A DNA stretch of 61,215 nucleotides from an uncultured Bacilli bacterium (GTDB taxonomy: Bacteria; Bacillota_I; Bacilli_A; RF39; UBA660). The stretch is taken from assembly GCA_947625625.1 (NCBI GenBank), contig CANQPC010000005.1, positions 1 to 61,215 of the forward strand. Direction: 5' to 3'. Position 1 is the stretch's first letter, and the number at the start of each line of letters is the position of its first letter. Below the pieces are notes generated by a model, which saw nothing but the letters and a program-made list of their open reading frames with translations, did no database searches and was not told the DNA's origin. Below are positions 41,654 through 54,355 of the stretch, one piece after another. A program made the translations under genes and the position numbers.

Positions 41654-41792
41654 AACATCAACCTTCTATCAGTATTAATTATATCATTGCTAACTTTAAT
41701 TGTAAAGTTCTATCGAGCTATTTGAATAATTTTTGACAGTGAACTATCAAGATATTTTAAGAAGTTTTAAATGACTTTTTTGATAAAATATT

Positions 41793-42146
41793 TCATTCTA
41801 ATTGACGATTAATCCACCTCATAATGACCTCTACTATATAGGTGATTTCTTCTTCAGTTAAATTTTTATTTTTAGCAATATGATGCCATTTATACAAGCA
41901 TTTGCGGCAACAACTAGCGGTCGCATGCTCCGCTACAAAAACCGGGTGTCCGTGCATTGGAGTTTGCTTGCCATCATTTAATGGACTAGCGGGTGCTAAG
42001 CGCAATCTGATAAATTCAAAAGCGTGCTCTCTTATTTTTTCGAGACCATTTTTTCTTATATACTCCACTTCTTTAGTATTTAGATGAAAACTACTTCGAA
42101 ATTTAGAATTATTTAATTTGGCAAGAATAATATCGATATTATCCAC
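41793..42146 (-). CDS. DUF4186-family protein
   Basis: SKFRSSFHL, RLAPA.P.NDGKQTPMHGHPVF.A.HATA.CCRKCL.KWH. Confidence 0.88.
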   Translation of the reverse strand: MDNIDIILAKLNNSKFRSSFHLNTKEVEYIRKNGLEKIREHAFEFIRLRLAPASPLNDGKQTPMHGHPVFVAEHATASCCRKCLYKWHHIAKNKNLTEEEITYIVEVIMRWINRQLE

Positions 42147-43021
42147 TACTTTTCACACTTTCCACAATTAGAGCAGCCATTACAAATAAGTTTTCCTCCA
42201 CAAGTATTGCATCTTGCCTTAAAGGTAGGTGTATAAAGCCACTCTTTCACTAAAACATTTCCAAATAAATCAAATAATTTATATTCAATTTCTCGTCCTT
42301 GATAATTCATCTTCGATAGATAAGCCATTCGACTTTGAACTTCTTTACTAGGAATAGTATATAATTTGCCATCTTTTAAAAATTTTGTTCCCGTTTCAAT
42401 AAAGCAAAAAGTCACATTGTATTTAACGCATTCTTCTCGTAACTTCTTAACCCAATCGTAATTACAAATACGAGATCCTCCATAATTTTCACCGCCAACA
42501 ATCACTTGTTCTATTTTGCCTGTTTTTAAATATTTCTCAATACTGACTTCCGAAATAAATGGAGCACACATAATTCCTTTATGCTTAAAGGGAAGCTTTA
42601 ATAAATATGGTATTCGCTCATCAGCTCGCTTCTGATTTTCACAAGTGACATTGAAAAAAACATTTTCATAGCCATCATTCCAATCTTTCGGTAGACAGTT
42701 AGTAACTCTTTCTGGTCTTTTCGTCAAAAGAAAAAATTTAACATCACTTCTCTTCTTAATGATTTCCCAAGCACTATCTCGCCACAAATCAGCCTCCGGA
42801 AGAAAAAAGTCCGAATTCATGCATACGCGTATCTGTTCTCCAGGCTTTATCTTATACATCCCCCTGCGGTCTTTACTTAAAGGATAATTAAAATTTTTAG
42901 TTTTGTAAATATTACTTCCATCTTTACCCGCTCTTACTTTATCTAAATAATACATATAGCAGTTTTGACATCCTTCACTTATCTTCTTACACCCATGCCA
43001 TGGATTCCATATATCGTGCAT
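42146..43021 (-). CDS. DUF5131 (phage Gp37/Gp68-like) radical-SAM-like protein
   Basis: WNPWHGCKKISEGCQNCY, SDFF, LTKRPER, VGGE; Cys-rich C-terminus. Confidence 0.88.
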   Translation of the reverse strand: MHDIWNPWHGCKKISEGCQNCYMYYLDKVRAGKDGSNIYKTKNFNYPLSKDRRGMYKIKPGEQIRVCMNSDFFLPEADLWRDSAWEIIKKRSDVKFFLLTKRPERVTNCLPKDWNDGYENVFFNVTCENQKRADERIPYLLKLPFKHKGIMCAPFISEVSIEKYLKTGKIEQVIVGGENYGGSRICNYDWVKKLREECVKYNVTFCFIETGTKFLKDGKLYTIPSKEVQSRMAYLSKMNYQGREIEYKLFDLFGNVLVKEWLYTPTFKARCNTCGGKLICNGCSNCGKCEK

Positions 43022-43110
43022 CTTCTCACTTCCATATCTATAATAAGTATATAGCTATAATAAAATAAAGTCAACAATTTATCGAACAAATGTATATATT
43101 TATATGTAAT

Positions 43111-43135
43111 TAAAAAGGCACTATTTTGTGCCTTA
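43111..43135 (-). terminator. Intrinsic terminator after the repeat-protein gene
   Basis: AAAAAGGCAC-TATTTT-GTGCCTT. Confidence 0.7.
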
Positions 43136-43182
43136 AATCTATAATAATTTTATATGAATTAAAGATAAGAATATATATAAGT

Positions 43183-43983
43183 TTACTTATCATTATTACT
43201 TTTTAAATCATCATTTAAACGTACTAATTTTTTTCCTTTCGAAGCAGTATTTTCTACAAATAAATTCTCATATGTTTGTTTATTATCTATAATGGCCTCA
43301 TATTTTTCTTTTCGCAATAATTTTGCTAACTTTTTTAAGCTATCTTTTTTTGCTCTCTCATTATTTCGTGCTTGAATAACCACTTCTTCTAATTTAGTGA
43401 TATTTGCTCCTCTTACATCTCTTGCAAAGTAATAAATATATTTAGAATTTTGAGCTTGAATAACCGCTTCTTCTAATTTTGTAATATTTGCTCCTGGTAT
43501 ATTTATAGCAAATTTATAGATATATTCAGCATTTTGGGTTTGAATAACCGCTTCTTCTAATTTAGTGATATTTGCTCCTCTTACATCTCTTGCAAATTCA
43601 TAAATATATTTAGAATTTTGGGTTTGAATAACCACTTCTTCTAATTTAGTGATATTTGCTCCTCTTACATCTCTTGCAAAATAACAAATGTATTCAGCAT
43701 TTTGGGTTTGAATAACTGCATCTTCTAATTTTAAAATATTTGTTCCTGATACATTTAAAGCAAATTCATAAATATATTCAGCATTCTGAATTTGAATAAC
43801 TGCATCTTCTAATTTAGTAATATTTGCTTCTTTTATATCTCTTGCAAAATAATAAATATATTCAGCATTTCTACTTTCAATAGCGGCATCACAGCCTATT
43901 TCTTTGTCAATAATTCCTAGTTCTACTAATTTTATAAATCCTTTAAAATTATTATTCATTAAGAATTTAATATTATCATTCAC
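43183..43983 (-). CDS. Tandem 28-aa helical repeat protein
   Basis: Six copies of NAEYIYxFARDVRGANITKLEEAVIQTQ-like unit. Confidence 0.8.
   Translation of the reverse strand: MNDNIKFLMNNNFKGFIKLVELGIIDKEIGCDAAIESRNAEYIYYFARDIKEANITKLEDAVIQIQNAEYIYEFALNVSGTNILKLEDAVIQTQNAEYICYFARDVRGANITKLEEVVIQTQNSKYIYEFARDVRGANITKLEEAVIQTQNAEYIYKFAINIPGANITKLEEAVIQAQNSKYIYYFARDVRGANITKLEEVVIQARNNERAKKDSLKKLAKLLRKEKYEAIIDNKQTYENLFVENTASKGKKLVRLNDDLKSNNDK
43366..43869 (-). repeat. 84-bp coding tandem repeat, six copies
   Basis: Recurrent TTCTAATTTAGTGATATTTGCTCCTCTTACATCTCTTGCAAA blocks on + strand. Confidence 0.85.
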
Positions 43984-44045
43984 AGTAACATATTCCTTTC
44001 TTTAATTTTAAATATATATAGTTATAAAATAATTACTTTTATAAT

Positions 44046-45431
44046 TTACAATATTAATTTCTTATCGTGAAGAATATTCCTTCCAAAAATAACTTCCGAA
44101 TAGAAAGAAAATTTTTCATGATTTTTATAGTTAGAGATAATTTCCATGATATTTTTATCGCCAGTAAGCTCATAATAAGTACTTAAAAGAATAAGCTTTT
44201 TAATAGTATTAATATTTTCTTCAATTGTAAAAACTTCATTGGCAAAAAAGAGCATTTCTTTTTCTAAATATTTTAAATCATTTTCCGTAATTTCCATATC
44301 TTGCATTTCAGTTTTTGCCTTTGCTAGTCCTTCTTTACTATATAGAGCATATTCTGGCATATCTAAAGCATATAAGAGGCGATTTCTTGTTTTAATTAAT
44401 TCTGAATTACTACCATAATTATTAATATAATCATCTAATTTATTTAAATAATTTAAGTAAAAGTATTTATCAGCCTCAGTAGAATTAGAATATTCTTCTT
44501 CACTTTCTTCAATTACTTCTTCATTTTCTTCATCTTCAGGTACTATATCTTCATCAAAATAACTATTATCATCATATTGATAATCTTCTTCATCCAAAAA
44601 TTCACTATCAGAATCAATATCGAAATAGACATTATCAATCATTTCGACAAGTTTATGAGGAGCAAGACAACCACTTCCAAAGATAGCATAGTGATAAATA
44701 TCTTCGAGAATATCGAGAGGACTAAATTCTAATTGTTCCGATGCGCTTTCATCAACATTTTTTTCATTCCATAAATCGGAATCAAATAATTCTATTTCAT
44801 AATCAAAAGCATAATCTTCTTCTAGTGAAATTGCTACATCTCTAAATGCTTCTTCTTGATAGTCGGGAAGATTAGCAATATTTAAAAGTGTTATACTTCT
44901 TTTTAAGAGTAACTTTTTAAAATTTAAAATATCAATATTAAAGAGAGGACTATCTAATTCTAAATATTTTTTTTCGAGGGTCATTTCTTCTTTGAGCACT
45001 TTTTGTAGAAATTTTCGAATAGTAGAAATACCTAAAACTTTTAATTCTTCACTACCATCACTTATAAAGTCAATAAAATTATATTCCTCTTTATGGTAAT
45101 TATTTCTTTCATTCATGAGTTGATAGTAATCTACATCATCTCGTACATAAATACAACCATCTTTATAATAGCAAAGATGAGAATATTTTTTAAAAAAGGT
45201 CATTAAGTTTTCAATTCCTAATATTATTTTTACCTCCTCGCTTTGGGATTGACTAGAAAGATTTTGATTTTCACCTTTACAAAAATTAACTATTTTATTT
45301 ACAACCTTTTGGTGATATTTTTGAAGAGTGCTTATTTTTACATATCTTTGTTCTTCATACTTCATAAGATAACTTAGGGCTAATAAACTAACATAATTAT
45401 AAGGATAAACTATTTGCATCTTATGTCTCAC
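44046..45431 (-). CDS. Hypothetical protein with long acidic tract
   Basis: 461-aa ORF, D/E-rich segment DIDSDSEFLDEEDYQY...EESEEEY. Confidence 0.7.
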   Translation of the reverse strand: MRHKMQIVYPYNYVSLLALSYLMKYEEQRYVKISTLQKYHQKVVNKIVNFCKGENQNLSSQSQSEEVKIILGIENLMTFFKKYSHLCYYKDGCIYVRDDVDYYQLMNERNNYHKEEYNFIDFISDGSEELKVLGISTIRKFLQKVLKEEMTLEKKYLELDSPLFNIDILNFKKLLLKRSITLLNIANLPDYQEEAFRDVAISLEEDYAFDYEIELFDSDLWNEKNVDESASEQLEFSPLDILEDIYHYAIFGSGCLAPHKLVEMIDNVYFDIDSDSEFLDEEDYQYDDNSYFDEDIVPEDEENEEVIEESEEEYSNSTEADKYFYLNYLNKLDDYINNYGSNSELIKTRNRLLYALDMPEYALYSKEGLAKAKTEMQDMEITENDLKYLEKEMLFFANEVFTIEENINTIKKLILLSTYYELTGDKNIMEIISNYKNHEKFSFYSEVIFGRNILHDKKLIL

Positions 45432-45573
45432 CTCTTCTTGTCTTAATATAATAGCAGATACTTTCTTTTTTGTAAATATTTTTTTAGTATAAATATTTAT
45501 ATTTCCTATGCTTTTTCGATTACAATATATCCTATATTTTCATATCTTATAATAGAAAGAAAGGAAGATAAAG

Positions 45574-46980
45574 ATGGTTAACTGTCATAAAAAATGTACT
45601 AATAAGATAGATACAAATTGCTGCTTTCCCTCACCTATTTCACAAATATTTGTTCCTCCTGGAAAAGTAGGACCTACAGGTCCAATGGGTCCTACGGGGC
45701 CAGAAGGAAGAGGAATTAATATTTTAGGTTCTTATAGTAATTTAGAAGAACTTACTGAAAATCATCCGACTGGTAATATAGGAGATGCTTATATAGTTGG
45801 TGATGATTTATATATATGGTCTTCGAATAATAGTTGGAGTAATGTCGGCACTATTAGAGGACCTAAAGGCGATCCTGGTGTGCGAGGAGAACAAGGTATT
45901 CAAGGAGAAATAGGACCCCAAGGAGAAAGAGGTCCTCAAGGCGAGCAAGGCATTCAGGGTATTCAAGGACTACAAGGGGAAAGAGGTCCACAGGGAGAAC
46001 AAGGTCCGATGGGAGAGCAAGGACCAATGGGAACTCCCGGCACTAGCGTAACTATTTTAGGTTCTTATGATACTCTAGAGGCTCTTAAAAATGATAATCC
46101 TATCGGCAAAGTTGGAGATAGCTACTTAGTTGGCGGTAATCTATATGTATGGTCGGAATCAAAACAAGAGTGGATCGACGTGGGACTTATAAAAGGTCCC
46201 AAAGGAGACCAAGGGATTCAAGGAATGGCCGGACTGCAAGGAGAAAGAGGACCGCAAGGAGAACAAGGGCCTCAGGGAATTCAGGGCATTCAAGGACCGA
46301 AAGGCGACCAAGGAATTCAAGGAATACCTGGACCTCAAGGACCTATAGGACCACAGGGAGAACAAGGACCACAGGGCCCTAAAGGAGAGATGGGAGAAAT
46401 GGGATTTCCTGGGATTCAAGGGCCAAGAGGAGAACAAGGACCGAAAGGAGAACCTGGTATCGAAGGACCCCAAGGAATGCCCGGACCATTAGAAATACCG
46501 ACCGCTTACTTCGTAACATTTAACGAAGGATTTCCCAATGGTGGATTTGCTGTTCCTTCCAATACAAGAATACCTATCGATTTAAAAGCATACGATACAA
46601 CTGGCGATTTTGTTCTCAATAGCGATACCAATACAATTACCTTTCTCCATAGCGGCATTTATCTTATCAATTTTACCGTCGAAGCGCGCGTTATTAATTC
46701 TACTCTCTTTAATGAAGATTTAGATATCGTATGTGTCGGTTTTAAAAAAGTTGATGAAGAAACCGTATATGCAGGAGCTAGTGTTTGGTGTGATTTACAG
46801 CCGGGAGTCGCGGTAGTAGCAAGGGGAATTGTTCCGACAGTTTTAGATAATGAAGAATTTGAAATTCTTAATTTAGGTCTCAATACAATTTACCTTAATA
46901 GTCCTGGTAAAAATCGTATCTATTCAGAGTCTTCGTTTGTCAATACTGTTCTATCGATGACAATTCAAAAGTTAAAATAA
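45574..46980 (+). CDS. Collagen-like (GXY) surface/exosporium protein
   Basis: Two long GXY tracts, duplicated ILGSY...GD.Y.VG..LY.WS...W..VG.I.GPKG module, Cys-rich N-terminus, globular C-terminus. Confidence 0.88.
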   Translation: MVNCHKKCTNKIDTNCCFPSPISQIFVPPGKVGPTGPMGPTGPEGRGINILGSYSNLEELTENHPTGNIGDAYIVGDDLYIWSSNNSWSNVGTIRGPKGDPGVRGEQGIQGEIGPQGERGPQGEQGIQGIQGLQGERGPQGEQGPMGEQGPMGTPGTSVTILGSYDTLEALKNDNPIGKVGDSYLVGGNLYVWSESKQEWIDVGLIKGPKGDQGIQGMAGLQGERGPQGEQGPQGIQGIQGPKGDQGIQGIPGPQGPIGPQGEQGPQGPKGEMGEMGFPGIQGPRGEQGPKGEPGIEGPQGMPGPLEIPTAYFVTFNEGFPNGGFAVPSNTRIPIDLKAYDTTGDFVLNSDTNTITFLHSGIYLINFTVEARVINSTLFNEDLDIVCVGFKKVDEETVYAGASVWCDLQPGVAVVARGIVPTVLDNEEFEILNLGLNTIYLNSPGKNRIYSESSFVNTVLSMTIQKLK

Positions 46981-47136
46981 AAATATCTACTTATTTTTTA
47001 AGTAAATATTCAATAAAAGCTAGTACATGATAGAATACACTTCCGAAAGGATGTGTTTTTCTTATACTAGCTTCTTTATCATCTAATATCTTTTCCTTAC
47101 AAGATATTTTCATAACTTTTAATCGTTATCATCCTA

Positions 47137-48753
<1,617 letters not shown>

Positions 48754-48827
48754 CTAAACTTCATTTGAGAGAATTTTATAGGCTCTCTTAAATTATACCA
48801 TCTTTTTGGTCTTTACAGAAGTATTTT

Positions 48828-49991
<1,164 letters not shown>

Positions 49992-50143
49992 TTAATATGG
50001 ATAAAAGTTAATTAGGACTATAAGACTTCTTCTTAAAGCTTATGCTTTTCCTAAGTCTTTGCTCGAAAACTTGACAGTTTTATTGCATAACATATAATTC
50101 TACTTTAATTATTAACTTTTTCTAATTTATTTTGATATTATTT

Positions 50144-50440
50144 CTATAAATTTTCTAATAACATGATAACTTCACTCTTGGGTAAATTTTTTTCATATTC
50201 GAGAATTTTATTTACAAATTCATCATGAGGTATTGCTAATTCTTCTAGCATACTCGTAATTACTTTTTCAATATTACTGACACCATATTTAATTAAAAAC
50301 TTGATATTTAAATTTATATCGACATAGTTATCATTAATCAGTTCTAAAACATAATTATTTTTTTCTCGTAAGATTTTATTATATGTCTCCATCGAAACAT
50401 ACCTAAGTAAATAGTCGGCATTCTTATTCAATTTTATCAC
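50144..50440 (-). CDS. Hypothetical protein
   Basis: 98-aa ORF; GAGGTG RBS suggests a TTG start at 50431. Confidence 0.6.
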   Translation of the reverse strand: MIKLNKNADYLLRYVSMETYNKILREKNNYVLELINDNYVDINLNIKFLIKYGVSNIEKVITSMLEELAIPHDEFVNKILEYEKNLPKSEVIMLLENL

Positions 50441-50550
50441 CTCTAGTAATATAAAAAGATGATACCTAAAAGGACGAAACTATATCGTGGTATCACCTTT
50501 CTCATGTAATATTAGTATTTTATTAGACTTAACGTCGTTAATATTACTGC
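50435..50550 (-). promoter_or_regulatory. Degenerate T-box antiterminator-like element lacking stem I
   Basis: AAAGG-TGATACC-ACG-N9-CGT-CCTTT architecture on minus strand. Confidence 0.45.
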
Positions 50551-50568
50551 TTCTTTATTATCATCTTA

Positions 50569-51297
50569 TTATCTTTTTCTTTCATCGATACACTTTAATA
50601 GTCTTTTAACATTTGTATCAGGATTAGTTAAAATATCGTGACGATAGTATTCTTCCCCAGCATCCATTCTTATTTTGTAGCGGTTAGCATAATTATTTAT
50701 TCCATTCCACAAGCTTTCTCTCTTATCATTAAAATATTCACTCGAAAGAGAAACAGCATAAGATGGCTCAATTTTGACAAGGCTATCGATAATTTTTTGT
50801 CTTGTCTTTATAAGGCCGCCATCGAAATCTTTATTTTGAATTTCACCATTAAAAATGCGATCAAAGAGAAAATTACTTCTATAGTTAAAGCGATAATATG
50901 GATTAGTAGAAAGTTCTCTTTCGAGACCGATAATTCCCTCTTCGAAGACAAGTGAATTTTTTATAACACTCGGATCAAAGTAACTGATATAGTCCAAAGA
51001 ACTTTTCTTCTCTTTCATATCCATTTGCATTAGTGTTAAACATAAACTGGGATCTTCTCTGGCAATTTCCGAATATTTAATTTCTTCTGGGTACATAGCA
51101 CATATTGCATAAGCAATATCAGGGTTTTCACTCAAGTACTTATATGCTCCTTTTAACATTCCCTTATTTGGAAGATTAACTCCCTCCATGATAATTGATT
51201 CAATAGCCTTAGTTAAAATATATTTATAGATATTGGCATTTAAATCTTGCATTTTATATAAATCATCCATACTAGGCATATATATTTTCTTTTCCAT
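50569..51297 (-). CDS. Hypothetical accessory protein
   Basis: 242-aa ORF with GGGGG RBS; no recognised motif. Confidence 0.65.
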   Translation of the reverse strand: MEKKIYMPSMDDLYKMQDLNANIYKYILTKAIESIIMEGVNLPNKGMLKGAYKYLSENPDIAYAICAMYPEEIKYSEIAREDPSLCLTLMQMDMKEKKSSLDYISYFDPSVIKNSLVFEEGIIGLERELSTNPYYRFNYRSNFLFDRIFNGEIQNKDFDGGLIKTRQKIIDSLVKIEPSYAVSLSSEYFNDKRESLWNGINNYANRYKIRMDAGEEYYRHDILTNPDTNVKRLLKCIDERKR

Positions 51298-51323
51298 AAC
51301 CTTTATCCCCCTTTTTAGAAAAT

Positions 51324-51866
51324 TTATAATGTCATCAAATCTTTTTCTTTATCTTTTAATTTTTCTTCGATAATTTTGTTATATTCGTTAATTAGATCTT
51401 GAACTTTCGTTTCTCCTCTTTTTTCTTCATCTTCGGGAAGTTTAAGGGCTTCCAAGCTTCGATTAGCATCTTGTCTAATATTACGAAGAGAAATTTTAGC
51501 TTCTTCCGCTAGTTCTTTTACTTGTTTAACGAGCTCTTTTCGGCGGTCTTCAGTAAGAGGTGGTATAACAATAAAGACAGCTTCGCCATTATTATTTGGT
51601 GTGACGCCAAGATTAGCTTCAAATATTGCTTTTTCGATAGCTCCTAGAGCACTTCTATCAAATGGCTTAACAGATAGTTGTCTAGCTTCTGGTACAGATA
51701 TTGTTGCTAAGCTTTTGATAGGAGTTGGAGTACCATAATACTCTACCATTACTCCATCTAACATCGAAGGACTAGCTCTTCCTGCTCGAACATTAGTAAA
51801 TTTATTTTCCAATGCTTCGATACTAGTTTTCATTTTTTCTTCCGTTTTACTTAAAATTTCATCCAT
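51324..51866 (-). CDS. frr: Ribosome recycling factor
   Basis: VRAGRASPSMLD, YYGTPTP, IPPLTEDRRKELVK, RNIRQD. Confidence 0.97.
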   Translation of the reverse strand: MDEILSKTEEKMKTSIEALENKFTNVRAGRASPSMLDGVMVEYYGTPTPIKSLATISVPEARQLSVKPFDRSALGAIEKAIFEANLGVTPNNNGEAVFIVIPPLTEDRRKELVKQVKELAEEAKISLRNIRQDANRSLEALKLPEDEEKRGETKVQDLINEYNKIIEEKLKDKEKDLMTL

Positions 51867-51962
51867 ATAATTTCTCCTTTTTTCTTTAATATATTGTATC
51901 ATAAACTGTCTTTAAAGTAAATATTTCAGCTTTATTTTAATAATGGTCCTATCTTTTACATT

Positions 51963-52575
51963 AAATAACTAATGGTAAATATTTATATAATAATTAAAGA
52001 CAACTAGAATTATCAGAATTATAAGTTACTCCAAGAGAATTTACATATACTTCAATCTTAGCTTCACTTACTTTAATCCAATTTTTATCTTTCCAGTACC
52101 AGTTAAAGTCATCTTTATTACTCAAATAAGAATTTTCAAAAATAATCGATTTAACGTTAAATAGTTTATATGGAATTCTATTAACAGCATAATTATCTTT
52201 AAAAGTATAGACACTTCCATCTAATTTTGAATATATTCTTTCAGTATCATAATCTCTTGCATAAAAGCGAACATGGCTTTCTTTTAAAGGATAAATATTA
52301 TTGAATTTGCTTACGATATTAAGTTCATTAGTTAGTTCATCTAAAGTAAGATAGCCGGGCAATAAAATTTCATAACCCATATAATTCGAATTACCACCGG
52401 CATTATGATGATTACTATATACTATTTTACTTACTACGCCATAATAGCCCATTTCATATGCTCTTCTTTGAAGGCGAAGAAGACTCTCATCTCCCAAGCC
52501 ATTACCATAAGTATCGGAGGTCCTTGTCATGTATACTTTAAGGCCATGACTTTCGTAGCGACATTTTTCATACAT
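51963..52575. repeat. 613-bp direct repeat, copy 1 (3' part of amidase gene plus trailer)
   Basis: Matches 54488-55100 except for three substitutions that I could find by eye. Confidence 0.93.
51994..52575 (-). pseudogene. Truncated duplicate of the amidase C-terminus
   Basis: Same as the last 193 aa of 54519..56207 except one residue; lacks the GHGG/E zinc ligands and an RBS. Confidence 0.8.
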
Positions 52576-52626
52576 AAAATATATTTATTACTCTCGAAAT
52601 AAATTAGTTCAAGTTTTCTATCATAT

Positions 52627-52700
52627 TGGAGGGCCTGATTGGATTTGAACCAACGATCAGGGAGTTGCAGTCCCATGCCTTACCACTTGGCTACAGGCCC
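52627..52700 (-). tRNA. tRNA-Cys(GCA), cassette copy
   Basis: GGGCCTG/CAGGCCC acceptor stem, CT-GCA-AC loop, GTTCAAATC, U73-CCA. Confidence 0.95.
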
Positions 52701-52762
52701 AAATTATAAATATATTATACAATATATTTATATTTTAAATTAATAATAACAAATAAAATTTT

Positions 52763-54211
52763 TTATCGAATCCTTACTTTTGGGGGAATATCAATATCCC
52801 ACTCAGTTGATTTATTGCCATCTTTAAGAATTATTCCTCTCTCAAGCAACTTATTTCTTATTTTGTCTGCCTCTAGCCAATTTTTTTCGTCTTTATAATG
52901 CTTTCTATTCAATATCATTTCATTTATTTCAGTTTCAGCAATATCATATAAAGCTAAATATTTATCCTTTATTTCTTTAATAACTTTGCTAGGGTTTTGC
53001 TGAAGTAATCCTAAAGTTGAATATACTTTTATTAAAGCATTTTTCATATCAACGACCTCTTGAATTTCATTTTTATTGATCATTTTATTCATCAAGTTCA
53101 CATATTCAAAGATATTTCCAATTGCTACAGAAGTATTAAAATCATTATCCATAGCTATTCTAAATTTTTTATCAATATTATTTAAATATTCAGAATTATC
53201 ATTTGGTTTATAGCCATTGCCTAAAAGATCAATTAAATAAAATAATTTATATATCATATATATTTTTGCTTCTTGCTGTTCAAACATCCCATCTACCACA
53301 TTCATATCAGAACGATAATTATTTTCTAATAAAGACATTCTTATTATTTCAAAATTATACTTTTTTAATAAATCTTCTAACAAAATTCCATTATTTAAAG
53401 ATTTACTCATTTTTTGGCCATTAACTTTAATCAATCCATTATGTAACCAATATCTGGAAAATTGTTTACCTGTTAAAGATTCACTTTGTGCTATTTCATT
53501 TTCATGATGAGGAAAAATTAAATCTTTTCCTCCACCATGTATATCTATTGTTTCCCCTAAATATTTCATGCTCATCGTCGAACATTCAATATGCCACCCA
53601 GGTCTTCCTAAACCCCAAGGTGAATCCCAAAAAATTTCATCATTTTTTGCGTTTTTCCATAAGGCAAAGTCTTTATCATCCAATTTACCAGGCTCAACGT
53701 TTTTCCTAACCCCAGATAAGCTATCATCAATTATTCTATTTGATAATTTACCATATTCTGAAAAAGAAGAAACTTTAAAAAATACATCTCCATTTTCAGT
53801 ACTATAAGCATGGCCTGTTTCAATTAATTTCTTTATAAAATCAATCATATCTGGAATACATTCAGTTGCTTTTGATTGAATTGTAGGTTTTTCCACTAAT
53901 AATTGTGACAGTTCGTGATCTATTTTTTTCATCATTTTATTTGCATATTCAGTAGGATTTACACCCAACTCACGGGCTTTAAGAATTATTTTATCATCAA
54001 CATCTGTATAATTTCTAACATATGTCACATCATAACCTATATATTCTAAATATCTTTTTATTACATCAAATATAATTGCTTGGTATGCGTGACCAATGTG
54101 TGCATCACCAGAAGCTGTTATACCACATGCATACATTTTAACTTTCCCATTTTCCAAAGGAATAAAATCTTCTTTTTTTCTATGTAAAACATTATAAACT
54201 TTTAAGCTCAT
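52763..54211 (-). CDS. cysS: Cysteinyl-tRNA synthetase
   Basis: YACG, HIGH, NYTDVDDKI, DFALWK, GRPGWHIECS, DLIFPHHENE, KMSKS. Confidence 0.95.
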   Translation of the reverse strand: MSLKVYNVLHRKKEDFIPLENGKVKMYACGITASGDAHIGHAYQAIIFDVIKRYLEYIGYDVTYVRNYTDVDDKIILKARELGVNPTEYANKMMKKIDHELSQLLVEKPTIQSKATECIPDMIDFIKKLIETGHAYSTENGDVFFKVSSFSEYGKLSNRIIDDSLSGVRKNVEPGKLDDKDFALWKNAKNDEIFWDSPWGLGRPGWHIECSTMSMKYLGETIDIHGGGKDLIFPHHENEIAQSESLTGKQFSRYWLHNGLIKVNGQKMSKSLNNGILLEDLLKKYNFEIIRMSLLENNYRSDMNVVDGMFEQQEAKIYMIYKLFYLIDLLGNGYKPNDNSEYLNNIDKKFRIAMDNDFNTSVAIGNIFEYVNLMNKMINKNEIQEVVDMKNALIKVYSTLGLLQQNPSKVIKEIKDKYLALYDIAETEINEMILNRKHYKDEKNWLEADKIRNKLLERGIILKDGNKSTEWDIDIPPKVRIR

Positions 54212-54355
54212 TTTTACCTCCCTAAATTTGAATTATTTAATTATATATAAATGAATAATAATTTTTGTCATTTTATATATTTTGCACATATTATACTATT
54301 ATTTTCTTTTAAAATCAACAATAGATTTTACCTTATTTATTTTTATATGACTAAG

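Noticed and set aside
46149-46473. Alternative-frame ORFs within the collagen gene
   Set aside because: By-product of stop-poor GXY codon repeats
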